A stretch of 64,000 nt of DNA from an uncultured candidatus Brocadiaceae bacterium (GTDB taxonomy: Bacteria > Planctomycetota > Brocadiia > SM23-32), in NCBI GenBank assembly GCA_964521715.1, contig CAZFSS010000015.1, positions 10,060 to 74,059 of the forward strand, in the 5' to 3' direction. Both the position numbers and the translations under genes were made by a program. This document shows positions 6,399-14,198 of the stretch, piece by piece. Positions within the stretch are counted from its first letter, which is position 1, and the number at the start of each line of letters is the position of its first letter. Below the pieces are notes generated by a model. It saw only the letters and a list, made by a program, of their open reading frames with translations. It ran no database searches and was not told the DNA's origin.

Positions 6399-7646
6399 TC
6401 AGCCGGTGAACCTGCGAAAGGCCAGTGAGACGTTGTGGCCGCCGAACCCGAAGGAGTTGTTCAGGACGACGTTGATCGGCCGCTCCTGGGCCTGGTTCGG
6501 CACGAAGTTCAGGCCACAGCACTCGGGATCGGGGTCGTCCAGGTTTATGGTCGGAGGGCACACGTTGTCGCGCATGGCCCAGAGGCAGACGGCGCTCTCC
6601 AGGGCGCCCGATGCGCCGAGCAGGTGGCCGAAAACGCTCTTGGAGGAGCTGATCGCGAGTTTCCGGGCGTGTTCGCCGAAGACGGCGCAGATGGCCCTGG
6701 CCTCGACGTCGTCGCCGGCCCGCGTGCCGGTGCCGTGGGCGTTGATGTAGTCCACGTCCTCGGGGGCCAGGCCGGCGTCCAGGAGCCCGTTCTTCATGGC
6801 GAGGGCCGCGCCTCCACCTTTGGGGTCGGGCAGGGTGATGTGATGCGCGTCGCTGCTGGCGCCATAGCCGACCAGCTCGGCCAGGATCTCGGCGCCGCGC
6901 TTGCGGGCGCGCCCCAGGTCCTCCAGCACCAGGATGGCGGCCCCTTCGGCCATGACGAAGCCGTCCCGGTTCAGGTCGAAGGGCCGGCTGGCGGCTTCGG
7001 GGTCGTCGTTCCGGGTCGAGAGCGCCTTGGCCTGCTGAAAGCCGCTCAGCCCCATGGGCGTGACGGCGGCCTCGGCGCCGCCGCAGATGACGGCGTCGGC
7101 CATGCCGGCCCGGATGCATTGCAGCGCTTCGCCCATCGCGTGGGAGGCCGAAGCGCAGGCGCTGGAGACGGACATGCTGGGGCCGTGGAGGCCGTACTTC
7201 ATGGCCACCTGCCCGGCAGCGGCGTTGGTCATGAGCTTGGGGATCATCAGCGGGCTGGTGCGTCCAGGGCCGCTTTCGAGCAGGCGCTGATGCTGAACCT
7301 CGATCTCGTGGAGGCCGCCGATGCCGGTTCCGACAAACGCGCCCCACCGGCTGCGGTCCTCTGCGTCCAGATCCAGGCCGGCGTCCGCGATCGCCTGATC
7401 GGCCGCGACCATGGCGAACTGCACGAACTGGTCCAGCCGGTTCAGCTCCCGCTTGGACCAGTATTGGAGGGGATCGAAGCCCTTGACCTCGCCGGCGATG
7501 TGCACGTCGTAGCCGGAGGTGTCGAACGACTCGATGCGCCGGATCCCGCTTCGCCCATCGCGAACAGCGGGCCAGGCCACCTCCTCGCTACAGCCGACCG
7601 GCGACACAACCCCTACGCCCGTGACGACGACACGTCTGCGGCTCAT
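6399..7646 (-). CDS. fabF: 3-oxoacyl-ACP synthase II
   Basis: SACAS, INAHGTGT, GHLLGASG, NNSFGFGG. Confidence 0.97.
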   Translation of the reverse strand: MSRRRVVVTGVGVVSPVGCSEEVAWPAVRDGRSGIRRIESFDTSGYDVHIAGEVKGFDPLQYWSKRELNRLDQFVQFAMVAADQAIADAGLDLDAEDRSRWGAFVGTGIGGLHEIEVQHQRLLESGPGRTSPLMIPKLMTNAAAGQVAMKYGLHGPSMSVSSACASASHAMGEALQCIRAGMADAVICGGAEAAVTPMGLSGFQQAKALSTRNDDPEAASRPFDLNRDGFVMAEGAAILVLEDLGRARKRGAEILAELVGYGASSDAHHITLPDPKGGGAALAMKNGLLDAGLAPEDVDYINAHGTGTRAGDDVEARAICAVFGEHARKLAISSSKSVFGHLLGASGALESAVCLWAMRDNVCPPTINLDDPDPECCGLNFVPNQAQERPINVVLNNSFGFGGHNVSLAFRRFTG

Positions 7647-7891
7647 TGTCCCTGCTTCTGGCTCTCTTTGATATAGTGGACGGCCTGGCCAATGGTCTCG
7701 ATCTTCTGCGCTTCCTCGTCGCTGATCGTCAGGTCGAACTCCTCCTCCAGATCGATGACCAGTTCGGCCATGTCCAGCGAGTCGGACTGGAGATCGTTGA
7801 CAAAGTGGGTGTCCGCCGTCAGTTGGTCCGGCTCGACGCCCATCCGTTCTGCCACCAGGTTGACGACCCTGTCCATTATCTCATCAGGCAC
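7643..7891 (-). CDS. acpP: Acyl carrier protein
   Basis: DLQSDSLDMAELV. Confidence 0.97.
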   Translation of the reverse strand: MPDEIMDRVVNLVAERMGVEPDQLTADTHFVNDLQSDSLDMAELVIDLEEEFDLTISDEEAQKIETIGQAVHYIKESQKQGQ

Positions 7892-7986
7892 TTCATTCCC
7901 TCCGCGTGTATGGACTGGTATGTCTCTTGTCAGTTGCCTGCCTTGAATCAGGTCAGCTGTGCAGCCGCCCCGTTGCCCATGCGGGA

Positions 7987-8016
7987 ATTGTAGTCACGGC
8001 CTCGTCGGCGTTGCAA
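7987..8016 (-). promoter_or_regulatory. Internal promoter for acpP-fabF
   Basis: TTGCAA-18 nt-TACAAT on the minus strand. Confidence 0.5.
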
Positions 8017-8038
8017 GCGCAGCAGGGCGAGAACGGCC

Positions 8039-8782
8039 CTACATGGCCATGCCGCCGTCGACGCGGATGACTTCCCCCGTGACGTAGCCCGAGTCGGGCG
8101 AGGCGAGGAACGCGACGACCGCCGCCACGTCCTCGGGCTGACCGAACCGGCCGCTCGGGATGGCGGCAAGGTTGGCCTCGCGGGCCTCCTGGCTGAGCTG
8201 GGCGGTCATCGGCGTTTCGATGAAGCCCGGAGCGACGGCGTTGACCGTCACGTTGCGCCTGGCCAGCTCGCGCGCGGCCGTCTTCGTCAGGCCTATCACG
8301 CCCGCCTTGCTGGCCGAGTAATTGGCCTGACCGACGTTGCCCCTGATGCCCACGACGCTGGCGATGTTGATGATGCGGCCGCTGCGCTGCTTCGACATGA
8401 TCCGGGCCACGGCCCTGATGCCGTTGAAGACGCCCTTGAGGTTGATCGCCAGCACCTGGTCCCACTCCTCGTCGTCCATGCGGATGAGCAGGTTGTCGCG
8501 CGTGATGCCGGCGTTGTTGACCATTATGTCGATGCTGCCGAACGCCTCGGCCGCCCTGGCGACGGCGTCTTTCATCTGATCCGACCGGGACACGTCAGCC
8601 TGGAGGGCCAGGAATTCGACGCCCTGCTCGCGAACGAGCGACCCCGCCTCCTCCAGGGCTTCGGGGATCACGTCGATGCCGACGACGTTGGCGCCCTGCT
8701 CGGCGAGCTTCAGGCAGATGGCCCTGCCGATGCCGCGAGCGGCGCCGGTGACTACGGCCGTTTTCCCCTCCAGCGGCTTCAT
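8039..8782 (-). CDS. fabG: 3-oxoacyl-ACP reductase
   Basis: TGAARGIG, NNAGITRD, YSASKAG; start MKPLEGK at 8782. Confidence 0.96.
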   Translation of the reverse strand: MKPLEGKTAVVTGAARGIGRAICLKLAEQGANVVGIDVIPEALEEAGSLVREQGVEFLALQADVSRSDQMKDAVARAAEAFGSIDIMVNNAGITRDNLLIRMDDEEWDQVLAINLKGVFNGIRAVARIMSKQRSGRIINIASVVGIRGNVGQANYSASKAGVIGLTKTAARELARRNVTVNAVAPGFIETPMTAQLSQEAREANLAAIPSGRFGQPEDVAAVVAFLASPDSGYVTGEVIRVDGGMAM

Positions 8783-9729
8783 GTGCCTTTCCTTTCTGCA
8801 TGTGTCCGGACGTCCTGCGCGCGGTTGATCGTCGAGCACGTCTTCGACGGATCTATGCGCTTGAGAAGCCCCTGCAGAACGCGGCCGGGGCCCACTTCGC
8901 AGTACTGCTCGACCCCTTGCGCGATGAACCACCGCATGCAGTCGACCCATCGGACGGGGCTGACGATCTGGTCCACCAGCAGGCGGCGTATCTCGTCTGG
9001 GTCCGCCGCAGGCCGGCCGGTCACGTTGGCCACGACGGGGCACCGGGGCGCACGGATGGGCGCCTCGGACAGCTCGGCCGCCATCCGCTCGGCTGCGGGC
9101 CGCATCAGCTCCGTGTGGAATGCGCCCGCCACGTTGAGCCGGATGGCCCGCCGAGCTCCCATCGCGGCGCAGAGGTCGGCCGCCATGCGCGCGGGCTCCT
9201 CCTCTCCGCTCACGACGACCTGGCCCGGGCAGTTGTAGTTGGCTGGCCAGACGCCTCCGCCGCTCTGCTCCCGGGCGGACTGGCAGGCCTGCTCCACCTG
9301 ACCGTCTTCGAGTCCGATGATGGAGTACATGGTGCCGGGGTTCGCTTCGCAGGCCTCCTGCATGTAGAGGCCGCGCTTGCGCACGAGCCGAAGGGCGGAG
9401 GGGAGGTCCAGAGCGCCGGCCGCCACGAGGGCCGAATACTCGCCGAGGCTGAGGCCCGCCGTGCCCGCCGGTGCGAATGGGGAGCCGGCCTCCTCCTCCA
9501 TGGCCCGCAACGCGGCTAGGCTTACCGTGAGGATGCCGGGCTGGGCCACGTCGCTGCGCGAGAGCTCCTCCAGCGGGCCCTCGAAGCAGAGCCTGGCGAG
9601 CTCCATGCCAAGCACCTCGTTGGCCTGGCGGAAGACGGCCCCGGCGGCCGGGTAGTGTTGGGCCAGGTCCCGGCCCATGCCCACCTCCTGGGCCCCCTGG
9701 CCGGGGAAGAGAAGCGCTGTGCCGCTCAT
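8779..9729 (-). CDS. fabD: Malonyl-CoA:ACP transacylase
   Basis: FPGQGAQ, GLSLGEY, AGAFH, EVGPG. Confidence 0.96.
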   Translation of the reverse strand: MSGTALLFPGQGAQEVGMGRDLAQHYPAAGAVFRQANEVLGMELARLCFEGPLEELSRSDVAQPGILTVSLAALRAMEEEAGSPFAPAGTAGLSLGEYSALVAAGALDLPSALRLVRKRGLYMQEACEANPGTMYSIIGLEDGQVEQACQSAREQSGGGVWPANYNCPGQVVVSGEEEPARMAADLCAAMGARRAIRLNVAGAFHTELMRPAAERMAAELSEAPIRAPRCPVVANVTGRPAADPDEIRRLLVDQIVSPVRWVDCMRWFIAQGVEQYCEVGPGRVLQGLLKRIDPSKTCSTINRAQDVRTHAERKGT

Positions 9730-9765
9730 TGTCGCGTGCCCGTGCCGGGGAAGCGAAGCCCCGCC

Positions 9766-10761
9766 TCAGTACCGGATCAACGTCGAGGCCCAGGTCAGGC
9801 CGCCGCCGAAGGCCAGCAACAGGACCAGGTCCCCGCGTTCGAGCTGCCCGTTCTGGACCGCTTCCGTCATGGCCAGCGGGATCGAGGCTGCCGAGGTGTT
9901 GCCCACCCGCTCGATGTTCATGTACGCCTTCTCCAGGTCCAGCCCGGCCCTCTCGAAGGCGCTCTTGATGATCCGGACGTTGCTCTGGTGGGGGATGACC
10001 ATCTTGATCTCGTCCAGCGACACGCCGGCCAGCTCGGGCACCCTTTGCAGGAGCTCGGTCATCTTGTTCACTGCGAGCTTGAAGACTTCCCGCCCCTGAA
10101 GCTTCATGTAGTGCCCTCGGGCGTCGACGGTCTCGTGCGAGGCCGGCTCGCGGGAGCCGCCGGCGGGCAGGATCAGTATCTCCGGGCACGACCCGTCGGA
10201 GCCCATCTCGCTGTAGATCACCTCGCCGCCGTTCTGCGCGGGCCGGAGGATGGCTGCGCCGGCGGCGTCCCCGAACAAGATGCAGGAGCGCCTGTCCGCG
10301 TAGTCGGTGAATCGGGAGAGCGCTTCCGCGCCGATGACCATGACGTGGCGCGCCACGCCCGAGGCCACGACCCCGGCGCCCCAGGAAAGGGCGAACACGA
10401 ATCCGCTGCACGCGGCCTCCAGGTCGAAGGCCATGGCATCCCGCGCGCCCAGGGCTGCCTGCACCAGACACGCCGTCGCCGGGAAGAAGTGGTCCGGCGT
10501 GGACGTGGCCACCACGATGGCGTCGAGCTCGTCCGCGCTCATTGACGCCGCCTCGAGCGCGCCCGTTGCGGCCGCAAGGGCCATGTCGCTGGTCGCCTCG
10601 CCGTCTGCCAGCAGATGGCGTTCCTTGATGCCGGTCCGGGGGTAGATCCACTCGTCGGACGTGTCGACCATCTGCTCCAGCTCGGAGTTGGTAAGGACGC
10701 GCTCCGGCAGGTAGCTGCCCAGGCCGGCGATCTCTACGGGCAAGTGCTGGCGGGTATGCAT
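9766..10761 (-). CDS. fabH: 3-oxoacyl-ACP synthase III
   Basis: EAACSGF, PHQSN, GNTSAASIP; start reassigned to MHTRQHL. Confidence 0.96.
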   Translation of the reverse strand: MHTRQHLPVEIAGLGSYLPERVLTNSELEQMVDTSDEWIYPRTGIKERHLLADGEATSDMALAAATGALEAASMSADELDAIVVATSTPDHFFPATACLVQAALGARDAMAFDLEAACSGFVFALSWGAGVVASGVARHVMVIGAEALSRFTDYADRRSCILFGDAAGAAILRPAQNGGEVIYSEMGSDGSCPEILILPAGGSREPASHETVDARGHYMKLQGREVFKLAVNKMTELLQRVPELAGVSLDEIKMVIPHQSNVRIIKSAFERAGLDLEKAYMNIERVGNTSAASIPLAMTEAVQNGQLERGDLVLLLAFGGGLTWASTLIRY

Positions 10762-10814
10762 GTCAGTGTCTCGCGGGGCTCCGTTGCCGATGGAAACGGA
10801 CAGGGGGCAACCGG

Positions 10815-11876
10815 TCAGGCGGACAGGTCCCGGGGCGTGGCGCTTTTCTGCACGGCCGCCTCGATGTGTTCGTTGACGCTTAGCTCCACGAACGCCCGGG
10901 CCTCCCGGATGGCGTTCTGGATGGCCCGCCTGTCCGAAGTGCCGTGAGTTATGATGATGACGCCGTTGACGCCGAGCAACGGGGCGCCGCCGTACTCGCT
11001 GAAGTCTGCGCACTGCCGCAGATGCATGAAGAGGTCCTTGCAGAGGACGAAGCCCAACTTGTAGCGCAGGCTGCCCTCCACCTGCTCGCGCATCCAGGCC
11101 AGGAGCCGCATCACGAGGCTTTCGCTCGACTTCAGGAGCACGTTGCCGACGAAGCCGTCGCAGACGAGTATGTCACATGCATGCCGGAACAGCGCCTGGG
11201 GCTCCATGTTGCCGACGAAGTTGAGGTCCGCCCGCGAGAGCAGCTCGAACGCCTGCTTGGCGAGGTCATTGCCCTTGGCGGCTTCCTCGCCCACGTTCAG
11301 CAGGCCGACCCGCGGGTTCTTGATGCGCAGCACCTCCGTGGCGAACACGGTGGCCATGATGCCGTACTGGAGCAGGTGCCTGGGCTTGCAGTCGACGTTG
11401 GCCCCGACGTCGATGGCGACGACGGGGTAGTTGATGACCCGCATGGCGGCGGCTATCCCGGGCCGAAGGACGCCCTTGAGCCGCCCCAGCTTCAGGCTGC
11501 TGGCGGCGGCGACCGCCCCGGTGTTGCCCGCGCTCACGAAGGCGTCCGCGCGGCCGTCGGCCAGCATCTCCAGGGCGACCACGATGGAGCTCTTCTTCTT
11601 CTCCCGGAGGGCCTGGACGGGGGACTCGTGCATGCCGATGCGCTCGGGCGCGGCCACCAGCATGACGTTATCGGGCCTGCCGCCCAGGTCGCTGATCTCC
11701 TGCTCCATCCGGTCGGGCTCGCCGCACAGGATCACCTCCGTGTCGCTGTAGAGCCAGGCGGCGTTGACGGCTCCGGCCAGCCTCTCCCCGAGGGGAGCGT
11801 CCCCGCCGGTGGCGTCGAGAGCCACCCGGGCGGCGTATGGACGTGCATGGACGTCGGCCGATGGAAGGTTTGCCAT
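10815..11876 (-). CDS. plsX: Phosphate acyltransferase
   Basis: LDATGGDAP, SAGNTGA, DVGANVD, YGGAPLLG; start uncertain. Confidence 0.95.
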   Translation of the reverse strand: MANLPSADVHARPYAARVALDATGGDAPLGERLAGAVNAAWLYSDTEVILCGEPDRMEQEISDLGGRPDNVMLVAAPERIGMHESPVQALREKKKSSIVVALEMLADGRADAFVSAGNTGAVAAASSLKLGRLKGVLRPGIAAAMRVINYPVVAIDVGANVDCKPRHLLQYGIMATVFATEVLRIKNPRVGLLNVGEEAAKGNDLAKQAFELLSRADLNFVGNMEPQALFRHACDILVCDGFVGNVLLKSSESLVMRLLAWMREQVEGSLRYKLGFVLCKDLFMHLRQCADFSEYGGAPLLGVNGVIIITHGTSDRRAIQNAIREARAFVELSVNEHIEAAVQKSATPRDLSA

Positions 11877-11943
11877 GGTCCGTGGTCGCCGGCAAGCAGT
11901 CAGGCCCCGCACCTCGCGCTCAGTCCCAGTTGCACTCGGTGCC

Positions 11944-12168
11944 TTATCTCTCCACTTCCACGAGGGATCGGCCGCGATAGTAGCCGCAGTTCGGACAGAC
12001 TGCGTGAGGGGCCTTGGGTTGGCTGCAATTGCTGCAGAAGAACCTCCTGGACCGGCTCCCCTCGGCCCTCACGCGCTGGCTCTTGGGGATGTTCGGCATG
12101 GTGAGGGCCAGGTGAGACCGATTCTTGCGTTTTCGCTGTTTGCTGTGTCTTCTTTTGGGTACCGCCAC
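11944..12168 (-). CDS. rpmF: 50S ribosomal protein L32 (Zn-binding, with insertion)
   Basis: GTG start, AVPKRRHSK...CSNC...PHAVCPNCGYYRG. Confidence 0.93.
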   Translation of the reverse strand: MAVPKRRHSKQRKRKNRSHLALTMPNIPKSQRVRAEGSRSRRFFCSNCSQPKAPHAVCPNCGYYRGRSLVEVER

Positions 12169-12341
12169 TTTCGTGTCCTCTCGGAGTAATCGTTGGAGCG
12201 ACATCGCGGAAGGGACGCGAGGAAAGCCGCTCCAAGCAGCGCTTCGGTTTCGGAACGTTGCCACGAAGGCGATCGGGCACGCCCAGCTGCCAGGAGAGCC
12301 GTTCGGGGAACAGCGCCCCCCGGTTCCTTACAAGACCTGCG

Positions 12342-12371
12342 ATTCTAACTTCGGGCGGGGCTTTCTGTCAA
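12342..12371 (-). promoter_or_regulatory. Promoter of the rpmF-plsX-fab operon
   Basis: TTGACA-18 nt-TAGAAT on the minus strand. Confidence 0.7.
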
Positions 12372-12407
12372 TGGGACGCCGGCGCAGAGGCGCCGCGGGG
12401 CGCTGTC

Positions 12408-12436
12408 TTGACGGCCTGTTCCACGCCCGGTAGAAT
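12408..12436 (+). promoter_or_regulatory. Promoter of the protease operon
   Basis: TTGACG-17 nt-TAGAAT. Confidence 0.7.
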
Positions 12437-12497
12437 CGGGATGGCAATGTCGCGCGCCCCTGTGGTGCCCGTCTACAACCGAGAAGCGAGGAGACAG

Positions 12498-14198
12498 ATG
12501 ACGCTTAGAGCCTCTAACAGAATGCCGCGTGAGCCGCGTTGCGCTTCCGGCCGGATGGATGCAAGGAAGGGCTCCGAGCCCGTGCCAGGGTCAGGCACGG
12601 CGAGGAGACCTGACACAGCAGACGCCGGCCTGAGGCGCAACCCGAAGGGACGGGCGTCCTTCGCCGCATTCCGGCGTCGCGCAGGCTTGGCGCATCGGAC
12701 CCCTAATGCGCCGGCGCCCGACGCTCCTTGGCCTGCGGCGAAATCCGCTCCGTCGCGGCCACGGGTCATTCTGTTAGAGGCTCTTAGAGTGCCTGCAATG
12801 CTGTTCGTGGTCCTCGTCGCGCTCCTTGCGTCCGGCTGCGCGTCCAACGCGCGTGTGGCACGCCTTCAAGCGGAGGTGGAGCACCTTCAGCAGGTCCAGC
12901 AGCGGACCGACTTCGTGCACGTCATAAACGCCGCCAAGCGGAAGGTTTACCCCGTCATCGTCTACCTCAAGCCGATCCAGGAGACCTTCGAAGAGGGCGA
13001 ACAGGCCGAGCGCCAGGTGATTGGCAGCGGCGTCATCGTCAGCCAGGACGGCTACGTCGTCACGAACTACCACGTGGCCGAGAAGGCCACCAAGATCAGG
13101 GCCGTCCTGTCCAACGAGGAGCAGGTGACGGTCTCCGTCGTCGGCCAGGATCAGGACACGGACATCGCCCTGCTGAAGATCGACGCGGCCGAAGGCGGCG
13201 GGCCGCTGCCCTACGCCGAGTTCGGCGATTCCTCGCAGCTGGAGGAGGGCGACTTTGTGATGACCATGGGTTGCCCGCTCGGCTTGACGCGGTCCGTCTC
13301 CTTCGGCGTGGTCAGCAATACGAAGCGCTACCTGGGCGAGGATCTTTCGCGTTATAACCTGTGGATACAGACGGACGCGGCCATCAACCCCGGCAACAGC
13401 GGCGGGCCGCTGGTCAACACGAAGGGGGAGATCGTCGGCATCACCACCCTGGGCACGTCCTGGTACGAGGGCATCGGGTTCGCCATTCCCTCGGACGTGG
13501 TCGAGAGGGTCGTGGCCGACCTGAGGGAGCACGCAGAGGTCAAGAGGGTGTGGACGGGGATCACGTTCCAGGCGCTCAAGGACTTCGAGAGCAACACGAT
13601 TGTGGAGGCCGAGCGCGGGGTGCTGGTCGCCCACATCGAACCGGACTCGCCGGCGGCGGAGTCAGGACTCCAGCCCCAGGACCTGATCGTGGCGCTGAAC
13701 GGCGAGCCGGTGAGCGGCACGTTCGTCGAGGACCTGCCGGCGGTAAGGACGGCGTTCGCCCGTCTGCCCGCCGGCGAGCCCGCGACCGTGTCCGTCGAAC
13801 GGGGCGGGCAGCCCGCCACGGTGACTCTGACCCCCATCATCAAAGGTGAAGTGGAAGGCGCGGACTTCGACTGCAAAGAGTGGCAGATGACGATCAAGGA
13901 GATCAACAAGTTCGCCGACAGGGCCATCTACTACTTCCGCAAGCGAGGCGTCTACGTGCAGGGCGTCAAGCGCCCCGGCAACGCGTGGGGCAGCGGCCTG
14001 CAGGAAGGGGACATCGTGATCGAGGTCGGCGGGCGGGACGTTGATTCGCTGGAGTCGGCGCGACGGACCTACGAGGAGCTGAACGAGAGGCCGGAAGGGC
14101 AGAGGAAGGTCCTCTTGCAGGTGCTGCGCGTCGGCGTGCCCCAACTCGTCGTGCTCGACTACAACAAGCGCGACGCGGAGTACGAGGAGGAGAAGTGA
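12498..14198 (+). CDS. HtrA/DegP-like serine protease lipoprotein with PDZ domains, MITE inserted in frame near the start
   Basis: TNYHV, DTDIALLK, GNSGGPL triad; lipobox LASGC; SD AGGAG before ATG 12498; alternative ATG at 12798. Confidence 0.9.
   Translation: MTLRASNRMPREPRCASGRMDARKGSEPVPGSGTARRPDTADAGLRRNPKGRASFAAFRRRAGLAHRTPNAPAPDAPWPAAKSAPSRPRVILLEALRVPAMLFVVLVALLASGCASNARVARLQAEVEHLQQVQQRTDFVHVINAAKRKVYPVIVYLKPIQETFEEGEQAERQVIGSGVIVSQDGYVVTNYHVAEKATKIRAVLSNEEQVTVSVVGQDQDTDIALLKIDAAEGGGPLPYAEFGDSSQLEEGDFVMTMGCPLGLTRSVSFGVVSNTKRYLGEDLSRYNLWIQTDAAINPGNSGGPLVNTKGEIVGITTLGTSWYEGIGFAIPSDVVERVVADLREHAEVKRVWTGITFQALKDFESNTIVEAERGVLVAHIEPDSPAAESGLQPQDLIVALNGEPVSGTFVEDLPAVRTAFARLPAGEPATVSVERGGQPATVTLTPIIKGEVEGADFDCKEWQMTIKEINKFADRAIYYFRKRGVYVQGVKRPGNAWGSGLQEGDIVIEVGGRDVDSLESARRTYEELNERPEGQRKVLLQVLRVGVPQLVVLDYNKRDAEYEEEK
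12508..12783. mobile_element. 276-bp MITE with 17-bp TIRs and TTA target duplication
   Basis: TTA|GAGCCTCTAACAGAATG...CATTCTGTTAGAGGCTC|TTA; no transposase; internal hairpins. Confidence 0.88.

Noticed and set aside
4957-7347. 796-aa minus-strand ORF and other long alternate-frame ORFs (e.g. 8039..10651, 58702..61632, 38992..40863)
   Set aside because: R/P/G/A-rich shadows overlapping well-supported genes; expected at high GC
12258-12497. Further N-terminal extension of the protease ORF
   Set aside because: Lies upstream of or across its own promoter; the SD supports ATG 12498
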